In this document: positions 1-8,383 of the stretch, in pieces
Numbering within the stretch: position 1 is the first letter of the stretch
How the letters are laid out: each line of letters begins with the position of its first letter
NCBI GenBank assembly: GCA_963715985.1
Contig: CAVQSP010000011.1
Span: forward strand, 480,001-544,000
Direction: 5' to 3'
From: an uncultured Thermoleophilia bacterium
GTDB taxonomy: Bacteria; Actinomycetota; Thermoleophilia; UBA2241
DNA: 64,000 bases
Program-made: the position numbers and the translations under genes
The notes under the pieces: model-generated
Database searches by the model: none
Seen by the model: the letters and a program-made list of their open reading frames with translations, nothing else
What the model was told of the DNA's origin: nothing

Positions 1-322
1 ACACCGACTGCTCGCGGATCTCGCCGGTCTCCTCGTTGATGAACGAGACCTTCATCGTGAGCGGCGCCGAGAACGTCATGTCCTTGTTGCGGCACTCGGC
101 GATGGGCTTGGTGGGCTCGCCGAACTGGTGCTCGCCGAACTGCACGAGCAGCTTCTCGGAGTAGTCCTTGATGGGGTTGATGTCGGCGATGGTCTCGCTG
201 AGACCGTCGCTGAGGAACCACTCCCAGGACTTCTTCTGGATGTCGATGAGATTGGGGAGCGGCAGGGGCTGGTCGAGCTTGGCGAACGACGTACGCACAC
301 GAGGCGCCTGGGGCTCGTTCAA
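1..322 (-). CDS. rpoB: DNA-directed RNA polymerase beta subunit, 5' part (runs off window)
   Basis: Not in the ORF track. Manual translation from TTG at 322: MNEPQAPRVRTSFAKLDQPLPLPNLIDIQKKSWEWFL...ETGEIREQSV. GAGGAG RBS at 329-334; follows rplL. Confidence 0.97.
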   Translation of the reverse strand, partial: MNEPQAPRVRTSFAKLDQPLPLPNLIDIQKKSWEWFLSDGLSETIADINPIKDYSEKLLVQFGEHQFGEPTKPIAECRNKDMTFSAPLTMKVSFINEETGEIREQSV

Positions 323-413
323 GCGAGTCTCCTCTTTCTAGCGTGGACCAGGGAAAAAGAGCACACCATACCGGAGGTCGAGAGGCATGGCCGCGGGTAA
401 CGCACGGCCGAAA

Positions 414-442
414 AATATACCACAGCGCAATCAGGCGCGCAA
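414..442 (-). promoter_or_regulatory. sigma70-type promoter of rpoB
   Basis: TTGCGC-N17-TATATT with TG extended -10 on minus strand. Confidence 0.6.
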
Positions 443-497
443 GACGAATGTCGGCGCCGATCAGAGGCCCCGTCGGCGCGGGGAGGCCGCACCGACG

Positions 498-535
498 CGA
501 AGGGCCGGGGCGCCTCACGGCGCCCCGGCCCTTCG
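498..535 (-). terminator. hairpin downstream of rplL
   Basis: Perfect 17-bp stem CGAAGGGCCGGGGCGCC/GGCGCCCCGGCCCTTCG with 4-nt loop. Confidence 0.65.
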
Positions 536-560
536 GGGAAGATCTGGTGACGGACGATCG

Positions 561-953
561 CTACTTGATCTCGACGCTCGCGCCGGCCTCTTCAAGCTGC
601 TTCTTGGCCTCCTCGGCCTCGTCCTTGGTGACGGCTTCCTTGATGGCGCTCGGCACGCCCTCGACCACGTCCTTGGCCTCCTTGAGACCGAGACCGGTGA
701 GCGCGCGCACGACCTTGATGACCTGGATCTTCTGGTCACCGAAGGCGGTGAGCATCACGTCGAACTGGGTCTGCTCTTCGGCGGCCTCGGCCGGGGCACC
801 GGCGGCGGGGCCGGCGGCGGCGGCGGCCACGGGAGCCGCGGCGCTGACGCCGAACGCCTCTTCAAGCGCCTTGACCATCTCGCTGAGCTCGAGCACGGTC
901 ATGCCCTTGATTGCCTCGATGAGCTCGTCTTTCGTGAGAGTCTTGTCTGCCAT
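561..953 (-). CDS. rplL: 50S ribosomal protein L7/L12
   Basis: [12 protein letters not shown]...[24 protein letters not shown] signature. Confidence 0.99.
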   Translation of the reverse strand: MADKTLTKDELIEAIKGMTVLELSEMVKALEEAFGVSAAAPVAAAAAGPAAGAPAEAAEEQTQFDVMLTAFGDQKIQVIKVVRALTGLGLKEAKDVVEGVPSAIKEAVTKDEAEEAKKQLEEAGASVEIK

Positions 954-1013
954 TGTCAGTTCACCTCGCGTAGGGCTGGAAAGCCTTGATGGACAGTGTC
1001 GTGGCGGGGCGCC

Positions 1014-1544
1014 TCAGGCCTCGCCGGCGGCGGCGCGCTGCTCGGCCACCTGGTTGAGCGCACGCACGAACCCGCTCACGGTGCCCTGGAGCACGGTGAC
1101 CAGGCCGATCATGGGCGCGGCCATGGTGCCGACGACCTGCGCGATGAGCACGTCGCGCGACGGCAGCCCGGCCAGCGCTTTCACGGCGTCCGTGTCGATG
1201 AGGCTCGACTCGAGCAGGCCGCCACGGACCACGAGCTGGGGGTGCGTCTTGGCGAAGTCGGCGAGCGCCTTGGCGGCGCCGACGAGGTCGTCACCGCAGA
1301 AGGTGACGGCGGTGGGACCGCTCAGCATGTCCTTGACGACCTCGCGGCCGGAGCGGTCGGCGGCGATGCCGCCCAGTGTGTTCTTGACGATCTTGAACCT
1401 GGCCCCGCTCTCGCGGAGCTTGCCGCGCAGCTCGGCCAGCTCGGCCACCGTGAGACCGCGATAGTCGCTGACGAACAGGTTCTCCGTGTCCGTCAGAAGC
1501 TGCGCCACCTCGGCGATCACGGCTTCCTTCTCGTTTCTCAGCAT
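1014..1544 (-). CDS. rplJ: 50S ribosomal protein L10
   Basis: DYRGLTVAELAELR...VKNTL motif; upstream of rplL. Confidence 0.98.
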   Translation of the reverse strand: MLRNEKEAVIAEVAQLLTDTENLFVSDYRGLTVAELAELRGKLRESGARFKIVKNTLGGIAADRSGREVVKDMLSGPTAVTFCGDDLVGAAKALADFAKTHPQLVVRGGLLESSLIDTDAVKALAGLPSRDVLIAQVVGTMAAPMIGLVTVLQGTVSGFVRALNQVAEQRAAAGEA

Positions 1545-1561
1545 CTCGACCTCTCAGTCGC

Positions 1562-1685
1562 AAACAAAAACCCGCTCCCGAAGCGGAAGCGGGCTCAGGC
1601 GGTAGCGCCGGCTCGATTCGCCTCGGGTGGCGGATCCGGATGGATCCCTTCGGCTCCCGGAGGAGCACCGGCCGTCTCAGGCCGC
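1562..1685 (-). promoter_or_regulatory. L10 leader with intrinsic terminator/attenuator
   Basis: GAGACGGCCGGT...GAAGG...CCACCCGAGG arrangement upstream of rplJ, then CCCGCTTCCG-CTT-CGGGAGCGGG-TTTTTGTTT (1562-1593). Confidence 0.7.
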
Positions 1686-1768
1686 GGCGCGAGAGGCGCC
1701 GCGAAGCGGCAGTATAGAACGTAGCAGGGGCGCCGGCAACTGCCGCGGCGCCGGCGCCCCTGTGAGAC

Positions 1769-2476
1769 TCAGCCTTCCAGCAGGTCGCGCGTGCGCGCAG
1801 GGTCCAGCTCGACGCTCGGGCCCATGGTGGAGGCGATGTTGACGCTCTTGATGTACTTGCCCTTTGCCGCCGACGGCTTGGCGCGCACGATCTCGTCGAG
1901 CACGGCGCCGTAATTCTCCACCAGCATCTCCTCGGTGAAGGACTTCTTGCCGATGCTCATGTGCACGATCCCGGAGCGGTCGGTGCGGTACTCGACCTTG
2001 CCGCCCTTGGCGTCGGCGACGGCCTTGCTCACGTCGAAGGTGACGGTGCCCGACTTGGGGTTCGGCATGAGGCCGCGCGGACCGAGGATGCGGCCGAGCT
2101 TGCCGACCGTGCCCATCATGTCCGGCGTGGCGATGGCGATGTCGAAGTCGAAGACGCCCTCCTGGATCTGCTTGGCCAGGTCCTCGCTGCCCACGATGTC
2201 GGCGCCGGCGTCCTTGGCCTCACGCGCCTTGTCGCCCTCGGCGAACACGGCGACCCGCATCTCCTTGCCGGTGCCGTGCGGCAGCACCGTGGTGCCGCGC
2301 ACGATCTGGTCGGCGTGGCGCACATCGACGCCGAGGCGGAAGTGGGCTTCCACGGTCTCATCGAACTTGGCGCCGGGGAGCGTCTTGAGCAGACGCATGC
2401 CTTCGAGGGGGGTATACAGCCGGCCCGGCTCGATGGAGCGCTTGGCGGCGACGTAAGTGCGGCCTTTCTTGGCCAT
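1769..2476 (-). CDS. rplA: 50S ribosomal protein L1
   Basis: [32 protein letters not shown]; ATG at 2476 after GGAGG. Confidence 0.99.
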   Translation of the reverse strand: MAKKGRTYVAAKRSIEPGRLYTPLEGMRLLKTLPGAKFDETVEAHFRLGVDVRHADQIVRGTTVLPHGTGKEMRVAVFAEGDKAREAKDAGADIVGSEDLAKQIQEGVFDFDIAIATPDMMGTVGKLGRILGPRGLMPNPKSGTVTFDVSKAVADAKGGKVEYRTDRSGIVHMSIGKKSFTEEMLVENYGAVLDEIVRAKPSAAKGKYIKSVNIASTMGPSVELDPARTRDLLEG

Positions 2477-2487
2477 TCGCGTACCTC

Positions 2488-2523
2488 CTGTGGTGCAAAC
2501 GGCGACCGCGTCGCCTCCCACAT
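2488..2523 (-). promoter_or_regulatory. probable L1-binding autoregulatory RNA site
   Basis: TGTGG-GA-GGCGAC-GCG-GTCGCC-GTTTGCA-CCACA stem with internal loop adjoining the rplA RBS. Confidence 0.55.
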
Positions 2524-2561
2524 CGGCGGCCGGGCGGCGAGCCCGGCCTCATTCGATCTTC

Positions 2562-2668
2562 AGCTTACAGTCGCAGAGCCTTCGGCCCTTGCGACGGTGA
2601 CTTCGCTTCGTAGCTTACTGTCGCATCGCCTGCGGCGATTGCGACGGTAACCCACCTTCGGTGGTTAC
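2562..2668. repeat. tandem REP-like hairpin repeats between rplK and rplA
   Basis: AGCTTACwGTCGCA...TGCGACGGTrA twice at 50-nt period (2562-2600, 2612-2650), plus a third hairpin 2647-2668. Confidence 0.6.
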
Positions 2669-3090
2669 TCGGCCACCTCGACGCCCATGCTGCGGGCGGT
2701 GCCCTCGATGATCTTCATCGCGGCGTCGACATCGTTGGCGTTGAGATCCGGAAGTTTGGTCTCGGCGATGGCACGCACCTGGTCGCGCGTGACCTTGCCG
2801 ACCTTGTGGCGGTTGGGCTCGCCCGAACCTTTGTCCAGACCGAGCGCCTCGCGCAACAGCACGGCCGCCGGCGGCGTCTTGGTGACGAAGGTGAAGGAGC
2901 GGTCCTCGTACACGGTGATCTCCACCGGCACGATGGTGCTGCCGGAGCCCTGCGTCTGGGCGTTGAACGCCTTGCAGAACTCCATGATGTTGACGCCGTG
3001 CTGGCCCAGCGCCGGACCGACCGGTGGCGCCGGACTGGCGGCGCCGGCCGAAATCTGCAACTTGATCTTGGTGAGGACCTTCTTGGCCAC
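2665..3090 (-). CDS. rplK: 50S ribosomal protein L11
   Basis: [25 protein letters not shown]. Confidence 0.99.
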   Translation of the reverse strand: MAKKVLTKIKLQISAGAASPAPPVGPALGQHGVNIMEFCKAFNAQTQGSGSTIVPVEITVYEDRSFTFVTKTPPAAVLLREALGLDKGSGEPNRHKVGKVTRDQVRAIAETKLPDLNANDVDAAMKIIEGTARSMGVEVAE

Positions 3091-3112
3091 TGCTGCCTCG
3101 CTTACTGCCCGA

Positions 3113-3637
3113 TTAGGATGTCTTCTTGACCTGGTCGAAGGCGAGCTCGACCGGGGTCTCCCGGCCGAAGATCGACACCATGACCTTGAGCCGGCTCTGG
3201 TCGAGGTTGACCTCGACGACGTCGCCGGAGAAATCGCTCAGCGGGCCGGACGTGACGCGCACGTTCTCGCCAACTGTGAACTCGGCCTTCTGCTTGGGAC
3301 GCTCGACCGACGCCGTGTGCATGATGCGGTCGACCTCGGCACGCGAGAGGGGCACCGGCTTGTTCTGGGCACCGACGAAGCCGGTGACGCCGGGCGTGTT
3401 CTTGACCAGCGACCAGGTGTCGTCGGTGAGCTCCATCTGCACCAGCACGTAGCCGGGGAACACGCGCCGCTCGCTGGTGACCTTCTCGCCGTCCTTGGTC
3501 TCGACGACCTGCTCCGTGGGCACGACGATCTGGTGGATGCGGTCCTCCTGGTGCATCGACTGCCGCCGATGCTCAAGATTCGCCTTCACCTTGTTCTCGT
3601 GCCCGGAGTACGTGTTGACGACGTACCACTTATACAC
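3113..3637 (-). CDS. nusG: transcription termination/antitermination factor NusG
   Basis: [25 protein letters not shown] region, [12 protein letters not shown]. Confidence 0.99.
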   Translation of the reverse strand: MYKWYVVNTYSGHENKVKANLEHRRQSMHQEDRIHQIVVPTEQVVETKDGEKVTSERRVFPGYVLVQMELTDDTWSLVKNTPGVTGFVGAQNKPVPLSRAEVDRIMHTASVERPKQKAEFTVGENVRVTSGPLSDFSGDVVEVNLDQSRLKVMVSIFGRETPVELAFDQVKKTS

Positions 3638-3649
3638 GCGCGACCTCTC

Positions 3650-3985
3650 TCACTTGATGACCGAGAGGACCACGTCAACGGCCTTGGAGAAGACGAAATC
3701 GAGGACCCCCGTGTAGACGGTCGCGATGCCGACCGCCACGAGCACGACGATGGTGGACTGGATGAGGTCCTTGCGGGTCGGCCAGGTGACCTTGCCGAGC
3801 TCGATGCGCACGTCGCGCAGGAACCTCATGAGGCCGCGCTTCTCGCCGCCCTTCCCGGACTTGGCAGGGGCCTTGGACTTCTGGCGCGCCGGCTTGGCGT
3901 CCGACTTCTTGGCCACCGCTTTGCCGTTCGCGGGCGGCTTGCCCTTGCCGGTCTTGCCCTGTCTGTTGTCCGCAGTCTTCGCCAC
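3650..3985 (-). CDS. secE: preprotein translocase subunit SecE (Lys-rich N-terminal extension)
   Basis: ELGKVTWPTRKDL plus single TM helix; between tRNA-Trp and nusG. Confidence 0.95.
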   Translation of the reverse strand: MAKTADNRQGKTGKGKPPANGKAVAKKSDAKPARQKSKAPAKSGKGGEKRGLMRFLRDVRIELGKVTWPTRKDLIQSTIVVLVAVGIATVYTGVLDFVFSKAVDVVLSVIK

Positions 3986-4005
3986 TCAACCGCTCCGATT
4001 GTCAT

Positions 4006-4081
4006 TGGCAGGGCTGGAGGGACTCGAACCCCCGACCCCCGGTTTTGGAGACCGGTGCTCTACCAATTGAGCTACAGCCCT
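4006..4081 (-). tRNA. trnW: tRNA-Trp(CCA)
   Basis: 76-nt cloverleaf AGGGCTGTAGCTCAATTGGTAGAGCACCGGTCTCCAAAACCGG...GTTCGAGTCCCTCCAGCCCTGCCA with encoded CCA end. Confidence 0.98.
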
Positions 4082-4102
4082 AAGAACACAAGGGGGGAAC
4101 GC

Positions 4103-4252
4103 TCAGCGCGTCTCCTTGTGCACAGTGTGCGTCCCGCACCAGCGACAGTACTTCTTGAGCTCGATGCGGTCCGGATCGTTCTTCTTGTTCTTGTTCGTAT
4201 GGTAGTTGCGACGCTTGCACTCCTGGCAAGCGAGCGTGACCAGCTGGCGCAC
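4103..4252 (-). CDS. rpmG: 50S ribosomal protein L33 (zinc-binding type)
   Basis: Below ORF-track cutoff. Manual translation [49 protein letters not shown]. Confidence 0.97.
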   Translation of the reverse strand: MRQLVTLACQECKRRNYHTNKNKKNDPDRIELKKYCRWCGTHTVHKETR

Positions 4253-4369
4253 GTCGTCGTCCTTTCAGAAAAGAAGCACGTAAGGATACCAAGGGTGTGC
4301 CGCGAGGGTCAACGCGGCCCACCGTGGCTCCCGGGCGCGGACCACAGGCCGCGCCGACCACGGCGGCGG

Positions 4370-4397
4370 AGTATAGCAGACAGCGGAGAAGGGACAA
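4370..4397 (-). promoter_or_regulatory. promoter of the rpmG-secE-nusG operon
   Basis: TTGTCC-N16-TATACT with TG extended -10. Confidence 0.55.
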
Positions 4398-4434
4398 ACC
4401 GGGGGTGGCCGACGCGCGTCTGCGTCTCGCCGCG

Positions 4435-4732
4435 TCACGGGCGTCGGGCCGATCGCGCAGCTCCGGCCCGTCGATGCGCGAGACGCGGTGCACGAGGGCG
4501 CGTGCCCGGAGTACCGGCGGAAGCGCCTCTTCGAGAACAGCCTCCCGCCCGGCCCGTCCAGCATGGCCCAGGCGCGGTGCTCGCCCACGTGGCAGCCCCA
4601 CCAGAACATGGAGCCGTACTGCGGCCCGCGGCCGATGATCTCGTCCATCATCCAGCCGCACTCGTCGGCGTCGTGCGGCACCTCGATGAGATAGCGTGTC
4701 TTGGTACGCTTTGGACCGGTGAGGAAGCTCAT
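4435..4732 (-). CDS. small hypothetical protein (apparent frameshift near 4545; 3' end uncertain)
   Basis: MSFLTGPKRTKTRYLIEVPHDADECGW...FWWGCHVGEHRAWAMLDG continues in another frame as EAVLEEALPPVLRARALVHRVSRI. Confidence 0.5.
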
Positions 4733-4918
4733 GGACCGGAGCTTCCCGGCAGCGGAGATGTGAAACGACCGGTGCGGACATGACCGAAGACCAGGGACCA
4801 GAGGGGATCGAGCGCGCAGACGCGCGGGGGACCGGCGCGCCCCGACCGGCGGCGCGCCCGCCGGTGCCGCCGCCGGAGGTCCCGGGCCGCGGCTGGAGAC
4901 CTGCGCCGCCGCCCCCGA

Positions 4919-5713
4919 GTGCGCCCGGCGGCGGCTTGCCGCCGCTCTTCCCATACGTCGCCGCCACCGGACCTCGCCAGGCCCGCGGGCCCACAGCCAC
5001 CACAGCCCGAGGCGGAACCCCCGGGCCCGCTGCGCCGCGCGGCGCCGTGGGGCTGGGGCGGGAGCCTGGCCGGGCTGGCCGTAGGCTTCGGCCCCGAGCT
5101 GCTGCTCTACGCCGCCTCACTCGGGCTGGCGGCGACCGACGCTTCCGCCACCAAGGTCACGACCGGTTCCGCGGTGGCGCTCGTCGTCATCTCGCTCGTC
5201 ATCTACGGCTGGCAGACGCTCGCCGCCTGGTTCTTCTCCGTGCGCGTGGCCGGCCGCCGACTCTCGGCCTGGGGCTTTCGGCGGCCGACCAAGGCCTACT
5301 TCTGGACGATACCGGTGGGCCTCGCGGTCGTGTACGTCGCGAGCATCCTGCACGACCTCGTGGTGCACCCCAAAGCGCAGGACATCATCGGCGAGTTCCC
5401 GCACACCCCCGTGGGCGTCGCCCTCTTCGTCATCCTCGCCGTGGTCCTTGCACCGCTGTTCGAGGAGATCTTCTTCCGCGGCTTCCTGTTTCGCGGGTTC
5501 TCCTCGTCGTGGGGCTGGCCGGCGGGACTGCTGATCTCGGCGGGGGTCTTCGGCATCGCCCACGCCCAGCTCGACGTCTTCGTGCCGCTCTTCACCCTCG
5601 GCCTGATGCTGGCGTGGGTCTACAAGCGCACCGGCTCGCTGTGGACGAGCATCTCCCTGCATGCGCTCTTCAACGCCATCTCGGTGCTGGCCTGGGCGTT
5701 GACGGCGCACTGA
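4919..5713 (+). CDS. CPBP (CAAX/Abi) family intramembrane metalloprotease
   Basis: EEIFFRGFL, FGIAH, HALFN motifs. True start may be ATG 4780 with an indel in the Pro-rich N-terminus. Confidence 0.9.
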   Translation: MRPAAACRRSSHTSPPPDLARPAGPQPPQPEAEPPGPLRRAAPWGWGGSLAGLAVGFGPELLLYAASLGLAATDASATKVTTGSAVALVVISLVIYGWQTLAAWFFSVRVAGRRLSAWGFRRPTKAYFWTIPVGLAVVYVASILHDLVVHPKAQDIIGEFPHTPVGVALFVILAVVLAPLFEEIFFRGFLFRGFSSSWGWPAGLLISAGVFGIAHAQLDVFVPLFTLGLMLAWVYKRTGSLWTSISLHALFNAISVLAWALTAH

Positions 5714-5783
5714 GCGAGGAGACGGGCTCCGAGAGGGGCGCCGGAGGCGGACCCGATCGGTGATCGGGCGGCGCGGCGGGCGG

Positions 5784-6608
5784 TCAGCCGAGGAGCGTCG
5801 GCTTGCGCAGCTCGCGGCAGTGACAGGCGTCGTCGGCGGGCAGCGAGGCGAGCGCCGTGAGCAGGATGCGGCCCATGAGCTCCGCATCGTCGGCGAATAT
5901 ACGCGCGAGCTCCGCATGCTCCCACTCGCGCACCACGCCCTCGGCGTAGTTCACGATCAGGTAGATCCCGGCGTAGCAGGCGCCGATGTCCCGGGCCAGC
6001 CACACCTCAGGGCAGAAGCTCTGCCCGACCACGTCGCCCATGGTCTGCAGGTAGCGCACCTCGGCCGGCGACTCGAAGCGCGGGCCCTCGGTGACGACGT
6101 ACGTCCCGCGGGTGAAGAGGCGGCGCTCGGGGGCCACCGCCCGCGCCGCCGACAGCAGCGCCTCACGGCCGGTCGCGCAGACCGGGTCGCGCATGATGAG
6201 CAGGTGACCTCCCGCGACGAGACCGTAGCGGTCACGGTCCGTGGTCTGGTCGACGAAGTCGTCGACGACCACGAGGTCGCCGGGGTCGAGCAGGTGGTTG
6301 AGGCTGCCGACGCCGGCGTCCGAGAGGATCCGTTTGACGCCGGCGCGATGCAGCACGCTGAACACCTGACGTGAGGCACGACCGCGCGAGACGCCGCGCC
6401 GCCAGCCGTGCATGCGCACGCTGAGCGCGGAGCGTCCCCCGATCTCGAAGAGCGTGAACGGCGGGCTGTCGCCCCACGGGGTCGCAAAGACGAGCTCGTC
6501 CTCCACCTGGCGCGCGTCAGGATGCAGGCCGGCGGGGAAGCCGGAGGCCAGCGACCCGGAGCCGCCGATGACGGCGAGCGCGGCGGAGGGGACCTCGGCG
6601 GCCGCCAT
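5784..6608 (-). CDS. MTAP/MTIP-family purine nucleoside phosphorylase
   Basis: AVIGGSG, EGPRFESPAE, DVVGQS...PEVWLAR, VNYAEG. Confidence 0.85.
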   Translation of the reverse strand: MAAAEVPSAALAVIGGSGSLASGFPAGLHPDARQVEDELVFATPWGDSPPFTLFEIGGRSALSVRMHGWRRGVSRGRASRQVFSVLHRAGVKRILSDAGVGSLNHLLDPGDLVVVDDFVDQTTDRDRYGLVAGGHLLIMRDPVCATGREALLSAARAVAPERRLFTRGTYVVTEGPRFESPAEVRYLQTMGDVVGQSFCPEVWLARDIGACYAGIYLIVNYAEGVVREWEHAELARIFADDAELMGRILLTALASLPADDACHCRELRKPTLLG

Positions 6609-6610
6609 GC

Positions 6611-7396
6611 TCAGAAGCCCTCCAGGTCGGGGGTCACCCGCAGCACCATGAGCTGCACGTGGTCGCCCGTGTCCGACGTGTACCGGCTGAGCGCCTGATC
6701 GAGGCCCGCCGGGAAGCCACGGACGACTCCGAGCTGGGTGTCGCCGGCGGCGACGGAATCGCCGAGGCTCACCTGGACCTCGGCCACGTGCGTGACCACG
6801 AGCAGCAGCGACGGGTCACTTGCGAGCTGGATGTCGATCTCCACATCTGGGTACCGCCCCAGGATGCTGTACGGCTTGATGCCCACCACTTTGCCGTCGG
6901 CGGGACTGACGACCGGTGAACCCGGCACCGCGCCCACGTCCAGGCCGGACGTGGCCGGCGACGTCTGTCCGCCGGTGCCGTCCATGAGGTAGTACTGCAC
7001 TCCTCCGCCGCCGGCGAAGATGTCGCCCAGTGTCTCGCCCAGCCCGCCGCCGCTGATGCGGTCGCCGCCGGGAGTGAACGGGACCGTGTTCGCATTGTCG
7101 ACGGGGTGGTACGCCACCGCCGTGGTCACGTCGCCGGCCACGGGCAGCACCATATCGACGCCCTCGACCCCGGCGACCACGACCTGCCCGGCGCCGCTGG
7201 GACTGGCCTCCGCAGCGGGCATGGCGGCGCTCTCCGGCACGCGTGCGGGAGTCTCCCCGGGGATGGCGTACGCAGCCCACACCGCGACGACGATGAGGAT
7301 GAGGAAGACGGCCAGCGCGATCACACGCCGGCGCAGAATCTGGTTCCGGCGCTGCGCCCGCGGGCGCCGCCGGTGGCTTACCGGACCCGTGTGCAT
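6611..7396 (-). CDS. membrane-anchored M23/LytM-like protein with degenerate active site
   Basis: Arg-rich N-terminus plus TM; GLDVGAVPGSPVVSPADGKV; promoter TTGCGG-N17-TACGTT at 7406-7434 just upstream. Confidence 0.7.
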   Translation of the reverse strand: MHTGPVSHRRRPRAQRRNQILRRRVIALAVFLILIVVAVWAAYAIPGETPARVPESAAMPAAEASPSGAGQVVVAGVEGVDMVLPVAGDVTTAVAYHPVDNANTVPFTPGGDRISGGGLGETLGDIFAGGGGVQYYLMDGTGGQTSPATSGLDVGAVPGSPVVSPADGKVVGIKPYSILGRYPDVEIDIQLASDPSLLLVVTHVAEVQVSLGDSVAAGDTQLGVVRGFPAGLDQALSRYTSDTGDHVQLMVLRVTPDLEGF

Positions 7397-7514
7397 ATGT
7401 GAAGCAACGTACACGGGGTACCGGCCACCCGCAAGCCGGGCGGCGTTGCCGGGCCGTCCGGGCGCCACCGAGAAGGTGTTGTCCCGACTGGCTAAGGAAG
7501 AGCCTGCACAGCGC

Positions 7515-7541
7515 TCAGTTTGTGGGGGGTGCCGCCGATAC
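7515..7541 (+). promoter_or_regulatory. sigma28 (FliA/WhiG)-like promoter
   Basis: TCAG-N15-GCCGATAC upstream of the CAP gene. Confidence 0.55.
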
Positions 7542-7613
7542 CAGTGCTAGACAGCCGTTCCACCCGGTACATCCGTCGGCCGTCAACAGCGTTGCTGGGC
7601 TCGGAGGTGAGCC

Positions 7614-8141
7614 GTGAAGTCTCGTTGCGGGATCGTGCTGCTGCTCGTCGCGCTGGCAGCGCTCCTCGTCGCAGCGATCCCCGCCGTGTCCCTCGCGAGC
7701 ACCGAGCTCACCACGTACGAGCAGCAGATCGTGAAGTACGTGAACCAGGAACGCGCCGAGGCCGGTCTCGGCAAGCTCAAGGTGAGCGCCAAGCTGGTGC
7801 AATCGGCCCGCGCGCACTCGACCGACATGGGCGAGAACAAGTACTTCGAGCACGACTCCCTCGACGGGACGGCATGGGGCGAGCGCATCGTGGCCCACGG
7901 CTACAAGCGTGACGGCTACCGCGTGTGGAAGGCCGGCGAGAACATCGCCTGGGGCGCCGGCCTGTACTCGGCTCCCGTGCTCATCGTGGACGACTGGATG
8001 GCATCGGCGACTCACCGCGCGGTCATCCTCAGCAAGGACTTCAAGGAGATCGGGGTCGGGGCCGTGAGTACGCAGGGCTACGGCTCGATCGACGGTGAGG
8101 TCTGGTTCTTCACGATGGACGCGGGACTTCGAGCCAAGTGA
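7614..8141 (+). CDS. secreted CAP/SCP domain protein
   Basis: Signal peptide; VNQERAEAGL, ARAHSTDM, FEHDS, GENIA, WMASATHRAVIL. Confidence 0.92.
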   Translation: MKSRCGIVLLLVALAALLVAAIPAVSLASTELTTYEQQIVKYVNQERAEAGLGKLKVSAKLVQSARAHSTDMGENKYFEHDSLDGTAWGERIVAHGYKRDGYRVWKAGENIAWGAGLYSAPVLIVDDWMASATHRAVILSKDFKEIGVGAVSTQGYGSIDGEVWFFTMDAGLRAK

Positions 8142-8163
8142 CGCGTGCGCACACCCCCTCTGC

Positions 8164-8194
8164 CGCGAAAGGGCGCCTCCGGCGCCCTTTCGCG
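8164..8194 (+). terminator. terminator hairpin after CAP gene
   Basis: CGCGAAAGGGCGCC-TCC-GGCGCCCTTTCGCG, perfect 14-bp stem. Confidence 0.65.
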
Positions 8195-8383
8195 TGAAGG
8201 AGAGCGGCCGGTGAAGGAGAGCGGCCGGTCTTCCCTGTGCCCCGTCAAGTAGGATGACGGCCATGAGCGAGCGAGGCACCGGGGGCCGGGCTGGGCGGGG
8301 CGACGGGCACAGCCGCCGCGGCGCCCGGCAGCGCGTCGACGGGCAGCGGGGGCGCCGGCGAGGCGGCCGAGGCGTCGCCCGCA

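Noticed and set aside
2687-4783. Long antisense and alternate-frame ORFs throughout (e.g. 2687..4783, 8078..10699, 50346..52184, 42060..43886)
   Set aside because: These are shadow ORFs expected at very high GC; they overlap well-supported genes and lack motifs.
8194-8227. 17-bp tandem duplication GTGAAGGAGAGCGGCCG after the terminator
   Set aside because: Only two copies and no associated element; probably slippage or an assembly artefact.
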